From IMG/VR virus record IMGVR_UViG_3300042558_005069, positions 40,100 to 104,099 of that record: a stretch of 64,000 bases of DNA. One strand, written 5' to 3'. A model generated the notes under the pieces. That model saw only the letters and a program-made list of their open reading frames with translations, made no database searches and was not told where the DNA came from. Source of the stretch: a virus. Made by a program: the position numbers and the translations under genes. The first letter of the stretch is position 1. Each line of letters starts with the position of its first letter. This document shows positions 51,266 through 61,067 of the stretch, piece after piece.

Positions 51266-51826
51266 ATGAACGTAATGGGGCTAGACCTTTCCTTGACATC
51301 GACAGGATGTTCCATAAACTCAAGAACATGTGTGGTTGGCACTAAAACAAAAAGTGCCGAAAGACTGTCCGTTATTTCTAAGTTAATATTAAATTTGGCA
51401 CTAGATAATTCAGTCGATGTTGCAATAATAGAGGGATACTCATTTGCCTCTCGCAACAGTCAAGCTCACAGTATCGGGGAACTCGGCGGAGCAGTAAGGA
51501 TGAGGCTATGGGAAAACGGTATTCCCTTTATAAATGTCCCCCCAACATGCAGAGCTAAGTTTGCTACAGGAAAAGGAAATGCCGGAAAGAACGAAGTTAT
51601 TTCAGCTATTTCTGCAAGGACAGGAATAGTCTGGTCAGGAGCGGGGGCAGACGACATGTGCGACGCCTGGATACTTGAGCAAATGGCTAAACAATTTCTC
51701 AATGAATCCTCTTTTAGTTGGCCAAAAGTAAATATTGAATCTTTAGAAAAAATTGATTGGTCTCCGCTGGTAGGATTACCTAAAATAAAAAAGAAAAAAG
51801 GTTTTGATGCGCAACTCCCCGATTAG
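51266..51826 (+). CDS. ruvC: RuvC-like Holliday junction resolvase
   Basis: MGLDLSLTSTG, IIEGY, ATGKGNAGK, DDMCDA. Confidence 0.88.
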   Translation: MNVMGLDLSLTSTGCSINSRTCVVGTKTKSAERLSVISKLILNLALDNSVDVAIIEGYSFASRNSQAHSIGELGGAVRMRLWENGIPFINVPPTCRAKFATGKGNAGKNEVISAISARTGIVWSGAGADDMCDAWILEQMAKQFLNESSFSWPKVNIESLEKIDWSPLVGLPKIKKKKGFDAQLPD

Positions 51827-52142
51827 CCAAGTCGATATTGAAAATGAAATTTTACGTCTTTTGGATAGGCTTGAAAAAGAAACAGAGTCTTTTGAGTCAC
51901 TTTCTGTTGACTCATCAAAAAAAGAAGCACACTACAAATCTAATTGGGCAAAAGAATATCTTGGGGCAAATGGAGCTATAAAGCAAAGAGAAGCATGGGC
52001 GGATTATAAGTTGGAACAAGATTATTATGAATATAAAATTGCCGAGGCTTTAGTTAAATCAAAAAGAGAAGTGCTTCTAAGCTTACGGTCATCAATTGAC
52101 GCAATGAGAACACTAAATGCGAATGTAAGGGTCCAAGTATGA
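51807..52142 (+). CDS. Hypothetical coiled-coil protein
   Basis: About 111 aa, overlapping both neighbours. Confidence 0.7.
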   Translation: MRNSPISQVDIENEILRLLDRLEKETESFESLSVDSSKKEAHYKSNWAKEYLGANGAIKQREAWADYKLEQDYYEYKIAEALVKSKREVLLSLRSSIDAMRTLNANVRVQV

Positions 52143-52429
52143 AATTTATAAAAAGAAATAAATCACTATTCCCAGAAAAACTAACAACGCATTGGGATTC
52201 CTTGCCTCATAAAAGATATTCAAGCATGAACGACGATGATCTTTGTCCTTGGAACCTGAGCCCAAAAACAATTGACGAGTTTGTGTTGGCATGTGATCAA
52301 CGAAATGAGTGGCACAAGAATAATGCTGGAGATCCTCGTTACTCCTGGTGGTCATGTCTATTGACCCACGATCTAATGGAAGACATCGCAAGAACGTTAA
52401 AGGAAATTAAAGATGAACAACATTCATAA
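52139..52429 (+). CDS. Hypothetical protein
   Basis: 96 aa; ATGA overlap with the upstream gene. Confidence 0.6.
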   Translation: MKFIKRNKSLFPEKLTTHWDSLPHKRYSSMNDDDLCPWNLSPKTIDEFVLACDQRNEWHKNNAGDPRYSWWSCLLTHDLMEDIARTLKEIKDEQHS

Positions 52430-53273
52430 TTCTCTACAGCACTTGGCGGTTGACATATTGGACCTAATTCCACTTGAGGACAATCCCAGAAAGGGAAATG
52501 TTGACGCGATAGCATCTTCTTATCTTGAGTTTGGGCAGATTAAGCCTATTGTAATTCGACCAAACGATGACGGAACTGCAACAATCATTGCCGGAAACCA
52601 CCAAGTCCAAGCAGCAAAGAAATTGGGATGGGATAAAATTGCTGCGGTTCCTTACGAAGTGGATAATCTTCGGGCGATCGCATTCGCAATTGCTGACAAC
52701 AGGACGATGGAACTTGGTTACACAGAGCCAGATCTGCTTAATAACGTTATTTTGGAGATTGGAGATTACTATCCTGAGCTGATTGAGGGCTTAGGATGGG
52801 ATGAATTTGAATTTGCCGAACTAGAACAAAAATCAATTCGAGAAGAAAATCAAGTGATTAGTTCAGGAAACTCCTACACTTCGCCTTCACTACAAACTCC
52901 CGCCAGCGATTTCGGAAACGGATTTGGAAACGGATTTGGAAGCCGCGAAGAAGAAGAAGAGCCACGTGCCCTACGAGAGTCTCCACGAATAGACATGAAT
53001 GCAATTTCGATGACAAAAGACAGAGACGGCAAAACTGAATTAAACGTGAGGTCTGGAGTTAATCAAGACGATGCAGTCGTGAGGGGATCAACAACCGTTT
53101 CTCCTTCATCCGCACCTCAGGCAGTTGTCCAGTACACAATAGTTTTTGATACTCATCAACAGCAGGCAAGGTGGTATGAATTTATAAAATGGCTTCGATC
53201 TGACCCCGCAGTTGCTGGAACCACAACAGCAGAGCGAATAATAGACTTCATCGATCAGCACATCGAGCTATGA
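52413..53273 (+). CDS. ParB/Srx N-terminal domain protein
   Basis: NPRKGNVDAIASS...FGQIKPIV...IIAGNH...AIADNR; FGNG micro-repeat. Confidence 0.85.
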   Translation: MNNIHNSLQHLAVDILDLIPLEDNPRKGNVDAIASSYLEFGQIKPIVIRPNDDGTATIIAGNHQVQAAKKLGWDKIAAVPYEVDNLRAIAFAIADNRTMELGYTEPDLLNNVILEIGDYYPELIEGLGWDEFEFAELEQKSIREENQVISSGNSYTSPSLQTPASDFGNGFGNGFGSREEEEEPRALRESPRIDMNAISMTKDRDGKTELNVRSGVNQDDAVVRGSTTVSPSSAPQAVVQYTIVFDTHQQQARWYEFIKWLRSDPAVAGTTTAERIIDFIDQHIEL

Positions 53274-54400
53274 CGCGTCAACGCCTATTCCTTGACATGT
53301 CGTGTGTTGACGCAGCACGTCAAAGAATAAGGCACGTTTACGACACTTTTGATACTGTTTGTGTCCAGTTTTCTGGAGGCAAGGACTCGACGGCCGTCTT
53401 GCACTTAGCGCGAGAAGTTCATGAGGAAAGAGGCCTAGGTCCAGTAAAAGTAATATTTCGTGACGAAGAAATGGTCAGCCCAACGGTGATCGACTACGTT
53501 GAGCGAGTCAGAAACTATCCCTGGGTTGATATGGAATGGTATTGCTTGCCATACCCTGCGGAAATATGGGTTCTTGGCAGAAGGCTAACAACTCTTTTGT
53601 GGAGTCAGGAAAGATATGAGCAAGGCCGTTGGGTTAGAGAGATGCCATCATGGGCTATAAGCGGTAAGAACTTTGGCCTATCTCACAATACATCACTCCC
53701 TGAGCAGACCGACTATTACACCATGCAGGGAAAAAAGGGGAATGTTGCATTTCTTACTGGCGTGCGCGCAAGTGAGTCAATGGTTCGCTACAGGTCGGTT
53801 GTCCAAAAACTTCACGAAAACTATATAAACATTCCTTATAGGTTGAAAAAGGGTATTCCGTTAAAGTTTGCAAAAGTTATTTATGACTGGAATACAAATG
53901 ATGTATTCAAGTACATAGCCGAAGAGTGCGGAGCCGAATATTGCGAATACTATGATTTAGCAGTACTAACTGGCAGCAACAACCGCATCGGTATTCCGCT
54001 GCACGCAACCGCCATCCGTAGAATCGGCGACGTAGTAGCAACTGAGCCTGAATTTTATGACCGACTATTTGAATGTTTTCCATATATCGATGCGCAGCGT
54101 AGACTATGGCCAGAATTTAATGTCGAAAAATTAATCTCTAGCTATTCAGCAGATGGATTCGATGGAGCGTCAAGGTTTATTGACGAGTACCTCATAGGGG
54201 ATCGACGAAAAATGGAAGCCAAAGTCTATGTTTCAAAATTTAGAAAAAAACATCTGACAGATCCTCATGGTTATCCTGTCAGTTGGCTTATAAGGAATTT
54301 AATGCTGAACGAAATAGATGTTAATTCACCAACCCCGGTGGGGCCAAAGACACGAGCGTATACCGTCCGTGAATCAGAAATAGAGGATGCAACGGAATGA
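53270..54400 (+). CDS. PAPS-reductase-family (PP-loop) protein, IbrA-like
   Basis: AARQRI...QFSGGKDS, FRDEE, GVRASESMVR, IYDWNTNDVF. Confidence 0.85.
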   Translation: MTRQRLFLDMSCVDAARQRIRHVYDTFDTVCVQFSGGKDSTAVLHLAREVHEERGLGPVKVIFRDEEMVSPTVIDYVERVRNYPWVDMEWYCLPYPAEIWVLGRRLTTLLWSQERYEQGRWVREMPSWAISGKNFGLSHNTSLPEQTDYYTMQGKKGNVAFLTGVRASESMVRYRSVVQKLHENYINIPYRLKKGIPLKFAKVIYDWNTNDVFKYIAEECGAEYCEYYDLAVLTGSNNRIGIPLHATAIRRIGDVVATEPEFYDRLFECFPYIDAQRRLWPEFNVEKLISSYSADGFDGASRFIDEYLIGDRRKMEAKVYVSKFRKKHLTDPHGYPVSWLIRNLMLNEIDVNSPTPVGPKTRAYTVRESEIEDATE

Positions 54401-54948
54401 TAGATATTCAGTATGTCGAGCATTCTCAGCTCTCGGTCCCTGCTTGGAGAGCAACCTACGTTCTTCGTCCGGAGATGTTAATAATCGCTGGTTCACTTTC
54501 TCAGCATGGATTCATACAGCCACTCCACGTAAGGAAGGATACTGGCGAAATAATCGATGGTTCAGAAAGATTCTTAATTGCTACGAGCATTCGTGAGCTT
54601 CTGAGAAAATCAGATGGCTTAATTCCCGTAGTTATGCACGACGTTGACCAAGCGGATGCGATGATGATGCACGTCCAGCTAAATAGAGGTCATTCGGTGA
54701 TGACTGCAGCAAAAGTTTCAACGATAATCAGAGCACTAAAGAGATCAGGAAAGTATTCTGCTAGAGATTTTGAGTCGATCTTATGTATGCGGTCAGAAGA
54801 ACTCTCATTAATGCTTGACGGAGACCTAATAAAAAATAGAAAAATACTTGAACATAACTATGCTCGCGCATGGATTCCCATAGAAGCCCCCTCTTCAAAG
54901 GTGGAAGATGTCTTCGTTATTGAAAGACCACCCAATCCTGACCGTTGA
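54397..54948 (+). CDS. ParB-like protein, IbrB-like
   Basis: SLSQHGFIQPL...EIIDGSERF...LNRG...YARAW. Confidence 0.75.
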   Translation: MIDIQYVEHSQLSVPAWRATYVLRPEMLIIAGSLSQHGFIQPLHVRKDTGEIIDGSERFLIATSIRELLRKSDGLIPVVMHDVDQADAMMMHVQLNRGHSVMTAAKVSTIIRALKRSGKYSARDFESILCMRSEELSLMLDGDLIKNRKILEHNYARAWIPIEAPSSKVEDVFVIERPPNPDR

Positions 54949-54994
54949 GTAAAGCTTTTTCTGGTATATTTTTTAAAAGCCAGAGGAGTTAAAT

Positions 54995-55774
54995 ATGCCA
55001 GGCGTACGCTACGGTCCAGATATTGCTGATGATGCCGCTTATGTTATGAATAACCTCGTCGACATAAATCGTCGATACAGGGAAACCGGAAAACTTCCTA
55101 GAGAATTTCAAAAATTTGCAAAATTAGCTAGAGAAGTATTCGGAGTAAGGGAATCCGACATAAGAAAAGGCAAGTACGGAGACCTTTCTAGACTTGCGCA
55201 ATATAGCTCTGCAGGAAGAAGCGCACGCGGCAAGGCGTACCAGAGAGCAAAACTTGCACGAAGTTGGCGCACAAAGAAGATAATGAAACGCGGACTGCGC
55301 CAAGAGTTCCAAAAAAGGGGCGAGAAGCCATCTGGCCGAGCACAAAGCGGCGTACGTAAAACGAGCCGAGGAGATGCTATTTCGGGGATTTCCGGAGTAG
55401 AAAGGCAGGGCCGAGGTGGAGCCACTTATCTTGGCAGAACAAAGACCAAGACTTTTGATAAATTGGCAGATGCCGCCTATGCAAGAGCAAGAAGAAATAA
55501 AGTTCAAATAGGTGGAGCAAGAGTAACTCAAGCAACTGCTGCGTCAATAGACAAGCTAAATATAGCGCGAACAGGAAAATTTCTTCCAGGGTTTGATGGT
55601 CAGCCTTTTGGCGGCACTGGCCGCAGGAGCGGTTCCAGCATTAGACCTCCAAAATCTAAAACCGCTGCGGCAGCGTCTCAAGCAAAAAGAGCAAAGACCG
55701 TAAAGGGAGCAGGAAAACCAGGAAGAAACTCCACGGCAAGAGGTGGAAGATCTCCAAAGCGACCTAAAAAATAA
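54995..55774 (+). CDS. Highly basic (R/K/G/S-rich) protein, possible DNA-condensing virion protein
   Basis: 259 aa with few acidic residues after the N-terminus; GAGGAG RBS. Confidence 0.65.
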   Translation: MPGVRYGPDIADDAAYVMNNLVDINRRYRETGKLPREFQKFAKLAREVFGVRESDIRKGKYGDLSRLAQYSSAGRSARGKAYQRAKLARSWRTKKIMKRGLRQEFQKRGEKPSGRAQSGVRKTSRGDAISGISGVERQGRGGATYLGRTKTKTFDKLADAAYARARRNKVQIGGARVTQATAASIDKLNIARTGKFLPGFDGQPFGGTGRRSGSSIRPPKSKTAAAASQAKRAKTVKGAGKPGRNSTARGGRSPKRPKK

Positions 55775-55783
55775 AACACTTAA

Positions 55784-56173
55784 CTAAATAATCAAATGTT
55801 TTTCGTGCATCCCTATCAAGGGTTCATCGTCATTCTCGCACATGTCTTCTAGAAATGTTTGACTTTCATCTCCATAGTCCTCTTCGCACATGAATTTTTT
55901 AAAATCTTCTAAAGGTTTAACTTTTGCTATGTAATTTCCGTCTTCATCTTTGCCGACTATTTTTACACCTGCTGCTATGAGCGATATAACCGAGATGTCC
56001 CACATTGCTTGAAGAAAATCGTTTAAATTCTCTTCGTATTCCAATTCCTTGTCTTCATCTTCAAAGAAGTAAAATAGCACCTCTAGCATTTTTTGCAAAG
56101 ACTCCAAGGTTGCTTTCTTTGCTTCTTTTTTGCTTATTGGCGTAATGCTTGATATATCAAGTGATGTTTTCAT
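55784..56173 (-). CDS. Acidic hypothetical protein (paralog 1), leaderless
   Basis: EVLFYFFEDE...FLQAMWDIS; promoter TTGACC-N17-TAGATT-N6-ATG. Confidence 0.75.
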   Translation of the reverse strand: MKTSLDISSITPISKKEAKKATLESLQKMLEVLFYFFEDEDKELEYEENLNDFLQAMWDISVISLIAAGVKIVGKDEDGNYIAKVKPLEDFKKFMCEEDYGDESQTFLEDMCENDDEPLIGMHEKHLII

Positions 56174-56208
56174 GTTTTTAATCTACCCTCTCGAAGGACA
56201 TTGGTCAA
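56174..56208 (-). promoter_or_regulatory. SigA-like leaderless promoter
   Basis: TTGACC-17 nt-TAGATT, 6 nt before the ATG. Confidence 0.7.
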
Positions 56209-56229
56209 ACAGCGTTTTTACTTTACAGT

Positions 56230-56514
56230 TTAAGAATTGTTGTTTAAAAATTCTTTTACATTTTTTACAGGGGTAAAGCCGATAACGTACTCATCTTCTC
56301 CATTTTTTTCTAGAACTTCCATTCCGACGGAAGCCATGCAAGCCACTGCAATATTCCAAAGGTGATTAACAAATTCGCTGATTGCTTCTTCGTTGTCTAA
56401 TCCCGTTTCATTTTCAGAAAAAAAATGCCACAGAACCTCGGTTACGTGGTTCAGGATATCGACAATTCCCTCTTGCCGCATTTCATCAGTAATTGCATTT
56501 TTGGGTGATGTCAT
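56230..56514 (-). CDS. Acidic hypothetical protein (paralog 2), leaderless
   Basis: EVLWHFFSENE...FVNHLWNIA; promoter TTGACT-N17-TATCTT-N6-ATG. Confidence 0.75.
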   Translation of the reverse strand: MTSPKNAITDEMRQEGIVDILNHVTEVLWHFFSENETGLDNEEAISEFVNHLWNIAVACMASVGMEVLEKNGEDEYVIGFTPVKNVKEFLNNNS

Positions 56515-56549
56515 AGTCAGAAGATAGGCCTTTAGTTTCGTCGAGTCAA
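56515..56549 (-). promoter_or_regulatory. SigA-like leaderless promoter
   Basis: TTGACT-17 nt-TATCTT, 6 nt before the ATG. Confidence 0.7.
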
Positions 56550-56632
56550 GTATTCTATATAGACCGAAGCCCTTGGCAAGTAGTGTAAAATTAAAAACAT
56601 ACGATTTCGAGATTGATTGACATGAGGCAATA

Positions 56633-57277
56633 ATGCTTGTTGGACTACCCGACATAAAGAATTACATGGATATTTCTCTCACTACGCGTCAAGAAGACGC
56701 TGCCTTAATGATCCTTGCCGGTCTGCAAAGCGAACTTGAATCCTATCTTCGACGCCCGATAGAAGTCCAGGAATTCACCGAGAGCATCCGCCTTGACTCA
56801 GGACATATAGGCATCCCATTGGGGTCCTTCCTCACGATGGGCGATAACGTCTTTGACACAAGTTTTCGCGAAACGACGGGAGTTGACGCAACGACTTTTG
56901 CGACTCCTCCACCGACGATATATCTTAAAAATACTCCTATATCAAACATAATCGAAGTTAAAGTGACGCCCCTGTTTGGCTCAGAAAGAGTTTTGGTCGA
57001 AGACACCGACTACGTTGTGAGAAAATACGGCATTGATTACTACTATGGCTATGCAGACGATTTGGTTGAAATAACATACGAAGCAGGACTGGATGGGGAT
57101 TCGATCCCAATTTTCAAGCTATTAATACTGCGTGCTGCGGCTCGAGAAATGCAAAACATGTATGACGACGTAGTTGGCGTAAAGGACTTAAACACAAGAA
57201 ACGTTGGTCCATTGATAACTGGCTTCCTTGATACGGAGCTTGCATCGGTCCGTAAACATAAACGATCGAGGATCTAA
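56633..57277 (+). CDS. Head-tail connector/adaptor protein
   Basis: LPDIKNYM...ELESYLRR...VEITYEAG pattern; first gene of the neck/tail block. Confidence 0.75.
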   Translation: MLVGLPDIKNYMDISLTTRQEDAALMILAGLQSELESYLRRPIEVQEFTESIRLDSGHIGIPLGSFLTMGDNVFDTSFRETTGVDATTFATPPPTIYLKNTPISNIIEVKVTPLFGSERVLVEDTDYVVRKYGIDYYYGYADDLVEITYEAGLDGDSIPIFKLLILRAAAREMQNMYDDVVGVKDLNTRNVGPLITGFLDTELASVRKHKRSRI

Positions 57278-57279
57278 AC

Positions 57280-57771
57280 GTGGCTGGCCGGAATGTAGTT
57301 GATGTAATAATTACAGTTGACGTCGATAACGACGAAGCCCAAGACAGACTCAAGGCAATGCGTGATCGAGCAAAGAATCTCAAACCAGTTTTAAGATGGG
57401 CTGGAGAAAAACTTGAAAGAGCTTATTCAGCTAATTTTTCTACAATGGGGAGTTTCTCCGCAATGGCCATGCTCCGTGGAGCCTGGCCACCTTTGGACCC
57501 GGCATACGCTGCGTGGAAGGCTACGAGGTTCCCTGGAGCTCCGACCCTAGTCAGGACTGGCGGGTTGCTCAAAGAGGTATCAAACATAAGCAGCAATTCA
57601 GCGAGCAATATTGACGATATGGAAGCGGAATTCGCAGTCGTCGGAAAAATTCCTAAATTCCATCAGTACGGAACCGAAAACATGCCTGCACGTAAAATAA
57701 TATTCGTACCTCGCAATTTTGATCAAGATCTAGCGGATCAAACTGCTCGATTCATAAAGTTTGGGAGCTAG
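57280..57771 (+). CDS. Virion morphogenesis (Mu gpG-like) neck protein
   Basis: WPPL...LVRTGGL...FHQYGTENMPARK. Confidence 0.8.
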   Translation: MAGRNVVDVIITVDVDNDEAQDRLKAMRDRAKNLKPVLRWAGEKLERAYSANFSTMGSFSAMAMLRGAWPPLDPAYAAWKATRFPGAPTLVRTGGLLKEVSNISSNSASNIDDMEAEFAVVGKIPKFHQYGTENMPARKIIFVPRNFDQDLADQTARFIKFGS

Positions 57772-57775
57772 TTGC

Positions 57776-58384
57776 TTGATTTACTTAATGAACGGTGCTC
57801 ATGCTGCAAAAAGTTACGTCAATGAGTATTTGACAACCGACATCCCAGTTCGGCTGATTACATATCGCAATGGGTGGAATCTAGATAGCACAAAGCTCCC
57901 AGACCCAGAGCAATATCTTGTCCACGAACCTTTGGCAATAGATGGTTGGCCATCAATAGTTACGCTTGTTCTTTCTACAAATCAGATGCAGCGTATTGGT
58001 TTTGAAAATAACAATCCTATTTATCGAGTTTCTTATTCTATGCGTACATATGTATGGATTCGCACCGAGGGGTCCCAGGAATGCAGCCTCATGAGGGACA
58101 GAATGATAACCGTTGTTAGGTCATCGATACTGGACTATCCCTGCCTAAAGGCATTCGATAGTAGATCAAATTTCCGAATTCTTATTGACGAGGGTACTAT
58201 TCGTGAAGAATTTTCCGATACAACGCTACTAAAAGGCGAAAGGTACATGGCCGGAGCCTTCCTAGGATATACCCTTGAAATTGACGAAGTTGTTGAAAGA
58301 CTCGACGTCGGAACAATAGCAACATTTGACTTCGGAATACAGACAGCTTCTATTGGTGGTCTACTGCCAATATTTAATGACTAA
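57776..58384 (+). CDS. Probable tail completion/terminator protein
   Basis: Lies between the neck and sheath genes; start uncertain (TTG 57776 or ATG 57788). Confidence 0.55.
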   Translation: MIYLMNGAHAAKSYVNEYLTTDIPVRLITYRNGWNLDSTKLPDPEQYLVHEPLAIDGWPSIVTLVLSTNQMQRIGFENNNPIYRVSYSMRTYVWIRTEGSQECSLMRDRMITVVRSSILDYPCLKAFDSRSNFRILIDEGTIREEFSDTTLLKGERYMAGAFLGYTLEIDEVVERLDVGTIATFDFGIQTASIGGLLPIFND

Positions 58385-58403
58385 TTCAAAAAATACGAAT
58401 AGA

Positions 58404-58439
58404 TAGTTGCATAAAATAATCATCACCGCTCTGTACAAT
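58404..58439 (+). promoter_or_regulatory. Candidate late promoter (GTTGCAT-N21-TACAAT)
   Basis: Same layout as upstream of the capsid gene. Confidence 0.4.
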
Positions 58440-58479
58440 TAAAACCAGTACGGGATTCCCCCTAGAACAGGAAGGTCCT

Positions 58480-59940
58480 ATGCCAGGCGTAGTCATCTCA
58501 ACATCAATTAGAACAGGCCCTTCAACGGCGACAGTACGTGAGTCATCACAGCTGTTTATCGTTGGCTTAGCTGAACGCGGTCCCTCTGATACTGCCACGC
58601 TCATACAGAGCATTGCGGAGTACGAAGACGTGTACGGAGAGTACGAGTCAGATTCTTACACTCATCCACTTGTCGAAACCTTCTTTGAAGAAGGCGGCAC
58701 GCAGTGTTACGTAGCCAGAACGGTGGGCACCTCTGCCTCCGCTGGGTCACTGACGCTTCAGTCCGGCTCAGTGAATGTCCTTGCTCTTACCGCAAATGGC
58801 CCTGGCGCCTGGAGTGCCAACGTTGACATTCAGGTAGAGCAGCCAACAGTTGGAACTACTTTTAGAATAAATGTTTTTTACGATGATGTGATAAAGTACT
58901 CCACGGGTGTTGTGTCGACAGTTTCTCAAGCTGCTGGAAGAATAAATTCATCAGCAGTTGCCACAAGATACGTTTCAGCCTCTGTGGTCAGTACTTCAGG
59001 AATCCCAAGCATACTTGCGAAAACGGCACTACCCGCCGGAACCGATGACCGAGCAACGGTGGTCGACGCAACCCACCTTGCCGCGCTTGAGCTCTTTTCT
59101 GATTCTTTTGGAACCGGAGCAGTGATTGCCGCTGATTCGAGTAGCGACGCAATCGCTGCAGGACTTGTAACGCATGCCAATAATTACAATAGGGTTGCAT
59201 TGCTTTACGGGCCACAAGGCGACACCCCTGCACAAATTAAAGCGATGGCTCTCAGTATTCAAGCTGATGAATTCGCAGAACACGCAGCACTGTACTATCC
59301 TTGGGTAGTGGTTCCTACCCCTATACAGGGAGTTACGAGAACAATCCCACCAGTAGGATATGTCGCTGGGGCAAGATCTCGTGCACATAACGGAACTGGT
59401 CCTCACGCTCCTTATGCCGGGCTAACTTCCGCATCTAGATTTGTTTTAAACACTTTTACAGAAGTCACAAAAGCTGTTGGAGATGAACTGGACGAAGGTT
59501 TTGTCAACTCAATCAGAGGAATTCAGAACTCGGTTCGCATCTATGGTGCGCGGTCGTTGTCTTCAGATACAGATAACTTCCGGTACATAACTCAGCAGGA
59601 CGTCGTTAACAGCATCGTTTCGGCTGCGTACCTGTCTCTTGAGGACTTGCTATTCACCCCGATCGATGCAAGAGGTGCAGTTTTTGCAGCAGTCGAGGCA
59701 AAATTGCTTTCAATTTGCGCAAATGCGCGAGACATTGGGGCTCTTTATCCAGCCTTCAATCCTGCAAATGGGACACTGCTTGATCCAGGATTCACCGTAA
59801 AGTGCGACAGGACAATCAACCCTGTTTCGCAGCTTCAAAGTGGAACAATCAAAGCTCGAGTCGGCATTCGCGTAAGCGCAATAGGCGACAAAATTGAAAT
59901 CGACATTATTAAGTCCAACCTAACCGCTTCAGTGGTTTAA
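58480..59940 (+). CDS. Tail sheath protein (contractile tail)
   Basis: MPGVVI, GLAERGP, FFEEGG, YYPWV, PPVGYVAG, IYGARSL...FRYI. Confidence 0.92.
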   Translation: MPGVVISTSIRTGPSTATVRESSQLFIVGLAERGPSDTATLIQSIAEYEDVYGEYESDSYTHPLVETFFEEGGTQCYVARTVGTSASAGSLTLQSGSVNVLALTANGPGAWSANVDIQVEQPTVGTTFRINVFYDDVIKYSTGVVSTVSQAAGRINSSAVATRYVSASVVSTSGIPSILAKTALPAGTDDRATVVDATHLAALELFSDSFGTGAVIAADSSSDAIAAGLVTHANNYNRVALLYGPQGDTPAQIKAMALSIQADEFAEHAALYYPWVVVPTPIQGVTRTIPPVGYVAGARSRAHNGTGPHAPYAGLTSASRFVLNTFTEVTKAVGDELDEGFVNSIRGIQNSVRIYGARSLSSDTDNFRYITQQDVVNSIVSAAYLSLEDLLFTPIDARGAVFAAVEAKLLSICANARDIGALYPAFNPANGTLLDPGFTVKCDRTINPVSQLQSGTIKARVGIRVSAIGDKIEIDIIKSNLTASVV

Positions 59941-59956
59941 TCGGAGGAGAAGCTAA

Positions 59957-60463
59957 ATGGCTAAGATCGCACAAAGACAAGTACTCGCCAATATGGAACC
60001 GAGCACTTTTTCCAGCAATTCAAAACAACAGGGCAATATACAAACCAACCTTCCGAAGTGGGGTGTTTTTAAGTTTGCGCAAGTTTCAGGTGGAGAAATA
60101 ACCGCTTCAGTAGAAAAAATCTACGAAGGTGGCAAATCACGTCCGACCGTATTGTGTGCCCCTTCGGAAATAGGCGATATTACGCTCACTGCGCACTACG
60201 ACGACGACATGACTGAGGACCTGGGTGAAGCAGGTATTGGGAACAAAATTCAAAAACTGCGTCCGTACGTTGGTCTTGCATACTATGACATTACTGTCTC
60301 GGTCTACGACTGCGACATTAAAGATCCGACCCTCGATCGCTTGTACTACAATGCACTCCTCGTAGGGCTCACGGAAGCCGAAGGCGACTCGTCTTCTGGC
60401 GCTCCGGCAACTTTTGCCTTGACATTTGCAATTTCGGATGTTCAGAACCCTGTACCTAAATAA
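59957..60463 (+). CDS. Tail tube protein
   Basis: Follows the sheath; FAQVSGG...YEGG...GDITLT; GGAGGAG RBS. Confidence 0.8.
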   Translation: MAKIAQRQVLANMEPSTFSSNSKQQGNIQTNLPKWGVFKFAQVSGGEITASVEKIYEGGKSRPTVLCAPSEIGDITLTAHYDDDMTEDLGEAGIGNKIQKLRPYVGLAYYDITVSVYDCDIKDPTLDRLYYNALLVGLTEAEGDSSSGAPATFALTFAISDVQNPVPK

Positions 60464-60518
60464 TAACTAATATAACTAGTTACACCTTCAGCAAATTAAC
60501 TGTGCTAGTTTAAGGCGC

Positions 60519-61067
60519 ATGACCGAAAACTCGCTTTACACACACGACGATGCCGACTCAGGCCGTTCAAAAAAATCAACACGAGACGACTCCATCTTGG
60601 AGAAGCCCAAAGAGGAAACTCAATTAAATCGGCTTAGAACTGTAGTTCAGCAAAAAGTTGAGCGCCCTATTGTCCTGATCCCGGTTCCAGAGCGTCTTGG
60701 GGTGAGCCTTAGAGTTAGCCCGAATATCACTCAGTCTCAGATGAAAAACTGGCGCAAAAATGCTGGCGAAGACTCGCGTAGCGGCTTAGATGCAACAAAA
60801 TTTGCATGTCTAGTAATAGGACATACAACAATTGGTTTTTGCATGGATGATGAGGAAATATTCGACGACAGCGGATACAACCTGACTTTTGCTCATCCCG
60901 CAGTTTTGGAAATGACCGAAGTAACTCGACCAGTGCCGGACGGTGTAAGAGCACTTTTTGGGGTTGATCCTCATATTGAATCAGCCGCTCTGGCGATTCT
61001 TGACGCTGCCGGTTACTCGGATACGGTTTCAGCTGTGGACCCTACGAAGGAGTCCTCGACGAACTAG
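60519..61067 (+). CDS. Tail assembly chaperone
   Basis: Between tube and tape measure genes; ends ...VDPTKESSTN. Confidence 0.75.
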   Translation: MTENSLYTHDDADSGRSKKSTRDDSILEKPKEETQLNRLRTVVQQKVERPIVLIPVPERLGVSLRVSPNITQSQMKNWRKNAGEDSRSGLDATKFACLVIGHTTIGFCMDDEEIFDDSGYNLTFAHPAVLEMTEVTRPVPDGVRALFGVDPHIESAALAILDAAGYSDTVSAVDPTKESSTN

